From Planctomycetaceae bacterium (lineage in GTDB: Bacteria; Planctomycetota; Planctomycetia; Pirellulales; Pirellulaceae), in assembly GCA_040375295.1 (NCBI GenBank), contig JBEISR010000004.1:122584-186583 (forward strand): 64,000 bases of DNA, written 5' to 3'. A program made the position numbers and the translations under genes. The notes beneath the pieces are model-generated. The model was not told the origin of the DNA. It made no database searches and saw nothing but the letters and a program-made list of their open reading frames with translations. How positions within the stretch are numbered: position 1 is the first letter of the stretch; every line of letters starts with the position of its first letter. Below are positions 57,697 to 64,000 of this stretch, piece after piece.

Positions 57697-58695
57697 TCAT
57701 GGGAGCTCCAAGGGGATGCCATCATCCCTTCCAGCCATCGCGCGGAAAATCGTCATATCGACGTTGGTGGAGATGATATGGGTCGAACCATCCATCAGCA
57801 GAAACAGGGCGCCACCGTTGTGTGGGCTCCAGAAGCCGCCTGGGCTGCCCGTGGGGGAATTCGGGCCACCTGTACGGACATGGACAGTTGCCATGGTGAT
57901 CGCAGGGCGTGCCGTTTGGCCAACGGTTTGACGGCGGCTGCTGGCGATGCGAGGAGAGAAAACGGTTTGCGCCATGGGAATGACACCAGCCCATCCGTTA
58001 GGTGTGAACATGCTCGCCCGCTCTCCGATTCCGATGGTGTTCGAGGTACCGTCGGTGACGTCGCGTACCTTGATCGCGGTGTTCCTGTGAAACATGCCAT
58101 TGAAAGGAAGTTCTTCGTAGAGTGCCGAATAACCCGGCGCATTAGCAGGGTTGCCACCTCCCAGGCATGCGACGTAGCTGGAAGGCGCCAAGTCGTTCAC
58201 TCCCAGAGAAGTGGGCCAGACGGAAACCGGTTGGTTCCAGGTATCCGAAGGGCACTGGTAGGCGCCCACTTTCGAGCTCCTCGCCAATTGGTTCCTTGGT
58301 GCAGTGATCGAAAGAGTGAAGTCAATCGAATTATGTAGATTCGATTGCTCCATCTGCGGAAGCATCAAAGCAAAAAAACTCCATCCTGGGCCGGCTTCCG
58401 GAATCGGATTGTTGCCGCCGCCGGGCCAGGGTCCCGTCACACGGGAGATGAATCCCGGAGGAAACGTCCGGTGGGTCGATTCGTAATTCTGAAACGCGAG
58501 CCCCATCTGCTTCATGTTGTTGCTGCACTGGATGCGGCGAGCGGCTTCGCGAGCCGCTTGAACGGCGGGAAGCAAGAGCCCTATCAGAATGCCAATGATG
58601 GCGATGACAACAAGTAATTCAACGAGGGTGAAACCAGGAAGTCGTCGCTGAATGATGGATGGGGCCTGCTGGTCGCACAGGAAGCGGTTTGGCAT
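57697..58695 (-). CDS. DUF1559 domain protein with prepilin-type N-terminal cleavage/methylation motif
   Basis: ORF 57697-58782, with a likely start MPNRF at 58695. [43 protein letters not shown] is the hallmark planctomycete DUF1559 N-terminus. Confidence 0.88.
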   Translation of the reverse strand: MPNRFLCDQQAPSIIQRRLPGFTLVELLVVIAIIGILIGLLLPAVQAAREAARRIQCSNNMKQMGLAFQNYESTHRTFPPGFISRVTGPWPGGGNNPIPEAGPGWSFFALMLPQMEQSNLHNSIDFTLSITAPRNQLARSSKVGAYQCPSDTWNQPVSVWPTSLGVNDLAPSSYVACLGGGNPANAPGYSALYEELPFNGMFHRNTAIKVRDVTDGTSNTIGIGERASMFTPNGWAGVIPMAQTVFSPRIASSRRQTVGQTARPAITMATVHVRTGGPNSPTGSPGGFWSPHNGGALFLLMDGSTHIISTNVDMTIFRAMAGRDDGIPLELP

Positions 58696-59119
58696 GGTTA
58701 GCCCTTCGTCTCTGCGTGATGTCGGAAGAATTGGCTCAACGAATCGAGCAAGCAGCGCGGAACCAATGGACTTGCGTCCCAACTACCTCTCATGTTAATG
58801 ATACTGAGTCTCAATACAAGTAGCCAGATCCTCTTTTAAATCAATTTTTCTTGAGGAAAATAGTCGTCTCCTTTAGCTCAGGAGCGTCAGCGATCTCTGT
58901 CGCGACCCTAGATGAGGCAAGAGATAAGCCGAATGGTGCGTTTTCCTAACGATTTCGAGCTCGCAGATCCTGCCGCCGGATAGTTCGGCATCCATCGCGA
59001 TCGGAGGTGATACCGATTGAAAGGCGGTTGTTTGCTCCCACGGTGCTGATCTTCACGCCCGCACCGCTGTCCGGCCTTCATCCAGTCAGAGATCCACTCT
59101 TTCGGGTGTTTCTTTAATT

Positions 59120-59200
59120 GGTGGGTGGCACCGATTGAGTGGGGGTGCGGGGGGTATGGGTAAATTAGGGCAAGAGAGGTTGGTGGGTGGCACCGATTGA
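59120..59200. repeat. two copies of GGTGGGTGGCACCGATTGAGTG separated by a G-tract-rich 43-nt spacer (third locus of the repeat family)
   Basis: Copies lie at 59120-59138 and 59182-59200. The spacer reads GTGGGGGTGCGGGGGGTATGGGTAAATTAGGG. Confidence 0.8.
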
Positions 59201-59540
59201 GTGCTTCTATTGGGGGGGCGTTTGAAGGACTGCACTTTCGGCCAGCGCTGCGAAGCAAATAAGTCTGAGTTTCGCTTTTAACAACCCAGCGGATAGCGAT
59301 TCCATGGCGCGGTCTTTTCCAAGTCACAGCCATTGGATTTCTTGAAGATGCTATTCTCGAAACCTAGTCCGTCCGATTTCGTTGACTGCGTCGTCTTGGA
59401 TTTCGCTATCAAAAAAAGAGCATCACGCGACGCTGGTCCGACGGTATGGCAGCCGCCATGCAGGATCCAGATCAAGAAGGAAGCCTTCCTTACTTTCTGG
59501 ATTGCTCGGTTTAGTACTTCACGCTGGCGACCCAACGGGA

Positions 59541-60440
59541 ATGAGCATGATGAGCCTTTCTATCGTCGACGGTGATTTGCTGGATCAGGATGTGGAAGTG
59601 ATCGTCAATCCATGGAATCGTAATATCCTTCCCTGGTGGTTGCTTCTGCCTCAGGGGGTTTCCGGCGCGATCAAACGCCGCGGTGGAATCGAACCCTTTC
59701 GAGAACTGGGGAGAATGGGGGCCATCCCGCTGGGGCATGCAGTCGAGACGACGGCCGGCCGCTTGCCGTTCCAAGCGATCATCCATGTCGCTGGGATCAA
59801 TTGCCTATGGCGTTCCTCCGAACGTTCGGTGCGCGACTCGGTCCGCAACGCACTGACCCTGGCAGCGCAGCGAGGCTATCGGTCCATCGCCATTCCATTG
59901 ATTGGTGCAGGATCGGGGGGCGGCGATCCGAAGACCATTCAGGCAATCATCGCGGATCAGTTAGCGCAAAGCCACTACCAGGGAGAGGTGCGGTTGGTTC
60001 GATACTTGCCGACGCCTGTACCGCCATTGGGAAGTAGCCACTTGCTTTCCGCCATCGCAGCGGCAATATCGATCGCAGGACTTGCGACTGCGTTGGTACC
60101 CCGATTCTTTACGTACGATCTTTCGTTGCCTCCCGACCTCTATCCAGAGATCGGAGGTTTGCTGATGGCGATCGCTGGCCTGTTGTGGCTGCTGTCGGTC
60201 ATCCATGGGAAGGCATCCCACGGCGTATCCCGTCGGTGGGGTAGGCGGATCGCTTTCGGGCTGATTGCCCTTGGAACCTGGTTCGGTTGGTTAGGTGTTT
60301 CAGGGAGCGAATCGCGGAGGCTTGGCAAAGTGCGCAAGGCCGACTTGCTGGAGAATATGAAACGGGCGAAAGAAGTACTGGACTCCGGCAAACCGCTGAT
60401 ACGACCATCACCCTCGGAAGTCAGAAAGAGGGCGGATTGA
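59541..60440 (+). CDS. macro domain protein with a C-terminal 3-TM membrane anchor
   Basis: ORF 59382-60440, with a likely start MSMMSLSIVDGDLL at 59541. Macro motifs are VIVNPWN, GVSGAIKRRGG and IAIPLIGAGSGGG. Three hydrophobic helices follow, then a basic tail. Confidence 0.8.
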   Translation: MSMMSLSIVDGDLLDQDVEVIVNPWNRNILPWWLLLPQGVSGAIKRRGGIEPFRELGRMGAIPLGHAVETTAGRLPFQAIIHVAGINCLWRSSERSVRDSVRNALTLAAQRGYRSIAIPLIGAGSGGGDPKTIQAIIADQLAQSHYQGEVRLVRYLPTPVPPLGSSHLLSAIAAAISIAGLATALVPRFFTYDLSLPPDLYPEIGGLLMAIAGLLWLLSVIHGKASHGVSRRWGRRIAFGLIALGTWFGWLGVSGSESRRLGKVRKADLLENMKRAKEVLDSGKPLIRPSPSEVRKRAD

Positions 60441-60619
60441 AACGAACTCCCTGGGAATGGGGGTCTGGCGCGAGGTGTGATGGGGGTTCCATGTCCGTAA
60501 CGGGGAGTTGGGAGCCAACCATTTTTCGATCCCTCATTTTTTTGATCTGAAGGAGTGGTCTGAAGCACTTTTCAAGAAGCGCGGGCCTAGCTTGATCATC
60601 CGAAAGACAGACAGGGGAA

Positions 60620-61870
60620 ATGATGGAGATCGCAATCATTGGTGCGGGATTGTTTGGGAGTGGGTTGGCCCTGGAGTTGGTCGATCGCGGATTGAAGGTG
60701 AATTTGATTGATTCCGCTCCAGTTCCTGTCCATCGGGCAGCCCGACGCAATGAAGGTAAGGTGCATTTAGGATTCGTCTATGCGATGGAAACGGGAGCCA
60801 GGACGGCAGCGAAGATGATGCAGGGGGCACTCGCATTTCGCCGCTCGGTGGTGAAGTGGATTGGGGAGGAGTCCTGGAATTCGCTTTCTCTCAGCACACC
60901 GTACCACTATCTGGCACATCATGATTCGCTGATGGATATGGAGGGCTTGGAAAAACACTACCAAGTGGTTCAGAAGCTGTATGAAGAGGAATTGGCGAGC
61001 CGAGAGGGGGAGGTTGATTATCTTGGCTTCAGACCTGAGAGTTTGTGGCGACCTTTGCGTCATGAGGAACTGGCAAGATATTCGAGAGCAAGGCTCTTGG
61101 GCGGGTATCGTACCGAAGAGAGGGCGATCGATACCGATGGTCTTTGCGATCGTATCGCCGTAGCGATTCTGGGGAATCACCGCATCAACTGGATTGGCGA
61201 GACCAATGTTACTGGGGTTTCGCAGCAGGGTTCCGGTCTGGAAGTGGAAGCAATTCATGAAGGAAAGAGCTGGTCGCGCCGCTTCGATGTGGTGATCAAT
61301 GCCACATGGACCTCGCGTGCCGCGATCGATCGATCGATGGGGATCCATCCACCAGAAGATCATCTGCTGCGTTTGAAGTATCGAGTCATCGTGGAGCTTC
61401 CAACAGATTTGCACATGCGGGAATCAACCACTATTGTTCTTGGCCCATTCGGCGATGTCGTCGTTCGTCAAGATGGTCGTGGTTGCGTCAGTTGGTATCC
61501 AATCTGCCTGCAAGGCTGGACCAATGCGCTTTTGCCACCGCCTTCTTGGGAGCCTCCCATGCGCGGCGAAGCGCCGATCGAGCACGCCACTGAAATCGGA
61601 CTCGCAACGCTTCAGGCTCTCGACCCCTACCTTCCGGGATTGGTACGCTCCAAAATGATCGCGGTTGATGCCGGTGGGATTGTGGCAAAGGGGTCCACCG
61701 ACGTGGATGACCCCGCCAGCCAACTCCACTCTCGAAACGACATCGGCATGATGCATCATGTCGGGACAAGCTATTATTCGGTCGATCCAGGAAAGTGGAC
61801 TACCGCCCCTTGGTATGCAGTGCGCATCGCCGACCAACTGATCAGTGCTTTCGGGGTGGGAGTCGTCTGA
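60620..61870 (+). CDS. FAD-dependent oxidoreductase (DAO-like)
   Basis: The N-terminal Rossmann motif is IAIIGAGLFGSGLALELVDRG. Length is 416 aa. Confidence 0.78.
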   Translation: MMEIAIIGAGLFGSGLALELVDRGLKVNLIDSAPVPVHRAARRNEGKVHLGFVYAMETGARTAAKMMQGALAFRRSVVKWIGEESWNSLSLSTPYHYLAHHDSLMDMEGLEKHYQVVQKLYEEELASREGEVDYLGFRPESLWRPLRHEELARYSRARLLGGYRTEERAIDTDGLCDRIAVAILGNHRINWIGETNVTGVSQQGSGLEVEAIHEGKSWSRRFDVVINATWTSRAAIDRSMGIHPPEDHLLRLKYRVIVELPTDLHMRESTTIVLGPFGDVVVRQDGRGCVSWYPICLQGWTNALLPPPSWEPPMRGEAPIEHATEIGLATLQALDPYLPGLVRSKMIAVDAGGIVAKGSTDVDDPASQLHSRNDIGMMHHVGTSYYSVDPGKWTTAPWYAVRIADQLISAFGVGVV

Positions 61871-62715
61871 TGGCTCTGGAGGCTGTAACAATCTGCCTGG
61901 GCACCTGGAATGCCTCCCGTTTTGTAGCGCAGACGCTTCACAGCATCCAGGCACAGACCTACCCTCATCTACACATTCTGATCGCCGATGATGCTTCCGA
62001 TGACGCAACCCTGGCAACATGCGCAGCGATCGTGGGTGACGATCCAAGGTGCCATCTGATCCAGCGGTTGGAAAATGTCGGTTGGTGCCGAAACTATGCT
62101 GACATGCTGGAGCAGGTCGAGACTGCTTATGTCTGCTTCGCCTTTCATGATGATCGCATGGACCCTGAATATATCGCCCAGCTTGTCGCAGCACTGGAAG
62201 ACGAACCGTCCGCGGTGCTTGCTTACTCGGATCTCAACTTTGGGGTCAATCACTTTGTCCCCTTGCCTGGAGTCTATCGGCAACTGGATCGTGTCGATCA
62301 TCCAACAGCTAGGCTTCGCTCATTGATCCGAATGCAGGGCAGTTGGTGGATCCCTTTCCGCGGTGTGGCAAGGACAAAGTCAGCAAAGCGATGTATCGAT
62401 TCACTGCGAGTCGATCGTGAGGAGTCTTTCTCCAGCGACTGGATCTGGTTGATCCGCATGGCGATGCTGGGTAGCTTTATCCGAGTTCCCCAAAATATGT
62501 ATCAGAAGAATTGGCTTCAGTCGGGGGTTACCTCCACCAACCGCTGGGAGTTTCGTGACGACTACAACTTGCGAACGCGTTGCCTGAAGGAAATTGCGAT
62601 GCAACGACCTGTCGGCTGGAGGCAACTGGTGTTTGTTACGCTGATCGAAATCGTTTTGTTGCCGATGCGCCGATGTCTGCGTCGCCTGCGTTGGTGGTGG
62701 TTTTGTTCGAATTGA
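61870..62715 (+). CDS. glycosyltransferase family 2
   Basis: The ATG at 61870 overlaps the upstream TGA (TGATG). ICLGTWNASRFVAQTLHSIQAQTY...ILIADDASDDAT is a GT2 N-terminal signature. Confidence 0.83.
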   Translation: MALEAVTICLGTWNASRFVAQTLHSIQAQTYPHLHILIADDASDDATLATCAAIVGDDPRCHLIQRLENVGWCRNYADMLEQVETAYVCFAFHDDRMDPEYIAQLVAALEDEPSAVLAYSDLNFGVNHFVPLPGVYRQLDRVDHPTARLRSLIRMQGSWWIPFRGVARTKSAKRCIDSLRVDREESFSSDWIWLIRMAMLGSFIRVPQNMYQKNWLQSGVTSTNRWEFRDDYNLRTRCLKEIAMQRPVGWRQLVFVTLIEIVLLPMRRCLRRLRWWWFCSN

Positions 62716-63053
62716 CCATGTCTACTTTCCCCATCCCTCACGAAGCGTCTGGCCCTCGCGATCCTGGATGAGGCAATAGAACTTTGAAGTGATTTCTTGA
62801 CTGCGACCGTAGTACATGAAGATGAGGCCAGGCAGTTGCCTTCGTATCGATGGGTTCCAAAGATCGCTGATCTCTAGGGGATACCGATTGAGTAGTTATG
62901 TGTCGGTTTTGTGGGAGTTGGCTGTCGGTCGGGGGGATTCACTTCGCCAGGAAAACCTAGTCCCTCGAGACTCTTTGTGGGGTGTTGATGCAGCCGAATG
63001 GTGCAGAAGTTGGTATCAGGCGGTACGAGAAATGAAGAAAGAGGTAACCAGCC

Positions 63054-63557
63054 ATGGAGACGGGAAGCGAGATTCGAATGGTCATCGGCAACCTGGGACT
63101 AGCGATCGGAGCTTTCGGCGCCCTCTGGATGCTGTTTCATTTCTTTTTGGGAATGGCTAGACGAGGAAAGATCCTTGCGACCTTTGCGGCCGATCCTTCG
63201 AGGCGAGTCCTTCGCCGTATCGGTCTGGCATCCAGTGCAGTGCTTTGGTTCGTAGCAGCTTTCTCCGCAGCAGTAGAAGATTGGCGTATGGCTCTATTCG
63301 CGCTGGTAATGTCGGTCTTTGGCACGCTTCCATCGATCGGCGAAATTCAACTCTGCGAAAATGGGCTCTGGCTGCAGTGGATGCTGATCCCCTGGAAGAA
63401 GCTCAAATCCTACCAGTGGCTAGAAGATCGCAAGCTCCGACTGAACATCTCCGGTCAAAGACGTGGCGTGGAGTTGCTTGTTGGGGGAGACGAGCGGGAT
63501 TTGGTCGATCGGTTGTTGCGCGAGAGCCTCTGCCAGGCTTCGTCAGAGGCTGCTTGA
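63054..63557 (+). CDS. small membrane protein with a PH-like C-terminal domain (hypothetical)
   Basis: Three hydrophobic helices are followed by IQLCENGLWLQWMLIPWKKLKSYQW, a pattern like bacterial PH-type DUFs. Confidence 0.5.
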   Translation: METGSEIRMVIGNLGLAIGAFGALWMLFHFFLGMARRGKILATFAADPSRRVLRRIGLASSAVLWFVAAFSAAVEDWRMALFALVMSVFGTLPSIGEIQLCENGLWLQWMLIPWKKLKSYQWLEDRKLRLNISGQRRGVELLVGGDERDLVDRLLRESLCQASSEAA

Positions 63558-63691
63558 GCGAGATCCTGGGTTCTGGCGACCTCGGCTTGTTGGCAGTTCA
63601 CAGGTGCTGTGGAGTACTTCAGTAGGGAAGCGAAAAAAGACGGCTGAGTCGACCGATTGTCGAGAGGTGCTGTGGAGCCGCTACTAGCGAC

Positions 63692-64000
63692 TCAGGATCG
63701 TTTCCATTGAACCGCTTTCGGGAGGAACATACCCGTTCTACTTTGGTAGTCGAGATAGGGGGCGGCAAATCGTTCCGCCAGATGAATCTCCTCACGGTGA
63801 CCCCGAAGCCCAAGCAGGATCGAAAGGATGGTCGAACCGACTGCGATCGGCCACTGATCGGCCATTAGCGAGATGCCACCCAGTAGCAGGAAGGTAGCGG
63901 TATAGTAGGGATGGCGCACCCATCGGTAAGGGCCATCGGTCACCAGCAGACTGTCGGCGTGGGGGCGATCGGAGTTGGCCCAGGATCTCCCAAGAGCCAT
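63692..64000 (-). CDS. isoprenylcysteine carboxyl methyltransferase (ICMT/PEMT) family protein (probably partial; the N-terminus may lie beyond the window end)
   Basis: LVTDGPYRWVRHPYYTATFLLLGG is the ICMT-family signature. The ORF reaches the window edge. Confidence 0.75.
   Translation of the reverse strand: MALGRSWANSDRPHADSLLVTDGPYRWVRHPYYTATFLLLGGISLMADQWPIAVGSTILSILLGLRGHREEIHLAERFAAPYLDYQSRTGMFLPKAVQWKRS

Noticed and set aside
57504-57725. 73-aa minus-strand ORF with a lipobox-like LLAAC, downstream of the DUF1559 gene where small lipoproteins often follow
   Set aside because: It overlaps the DUF1559 3' end. The sequence after the Cys has no recognisable domain and is shorter than the usual partner proteins. 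A neighbouring frame carries similar-quality ORFs. It may be a decayed gene, but that is unsupported.

Overview
Gene-dense chromosomal segment of about 55 CDS, roughly high-50s %GC by eye. I found no rRNA, tRNA, CRISPR array or recognisable mobile element. The content points to a Planctomycetota (Pirellulales-like) genome: a DUF1559 protein with a prepilin-type N-terminus, a PVC-type heme-binding CxxCH / membrane-bound-dehydrogenase-domain protein, a BatA/vWA giant next to MoxR, and signal-peptide-like extensions on ATP synthase subunits.

Gene content in order:
- 1-6.8 kb, minus strand: a complete F-type ATP synthase operon front, atpZ-like, atpI-like, then atpB-E-F-H-A-G. atpG runs off the window.
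- 7-14 kb: DUF4912 protein, two SDRs, an App1-like phosphatase, an esterase and lipA.
- 14-21 kb: a repeat-filled 1.2 kb spacer, smpB, an ABC ATPase/FtsX pair, a stand-alone Toprim protein and a protease fusion.
- 21-31 kb: PVC heme protein, BatA/vWA, MoxR, PfpI, a TylF methyltransferase and EamA.
- 31-43 kb: M48-like peptidase, an orphan histidine kinase, a 1100-aa radical-SAM/AMMECR1/Memo fusion, dgkA, isoaspartyl peptidase, an SDR, a choloylglycine-type hydrolase and a CPBP protease.
- 43-55 kb: recJ, rpmG (missing from the ORF track), two divergent paralogous esterases, a nitrilase-family hydrolase, trmB, hsp20, an ECF sigma factor and comEC.
- 55-64 kb: a 1.5 kb coding-poor stretch, DUF1559, a membrane-anchored macro domain protein, an FAD oxidoreductase coupled to a GT2, and an ICMT-family gene (partial).

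Most unusual observations:
1. A sensor-less histidine kinase overlaps by ATGA a single polypeptide that carries all three AmmeMemoRadiSam components.
2. A roughly 19-nt repeat family (GGTGGGTGGCACC[A/G]AT) sits at three intergenic loci.
3. The palindrome CGATCG / GCGATCGC is strongly over-represented across the window.
4. A stand-alone GyrB-type Toprim protein.
5. A consensus sigma-54 promoter lies in front of hsp20.
6. Two long coding-poor stretches.

All functional calls come from motif and family recognition by eye. No database search was run.
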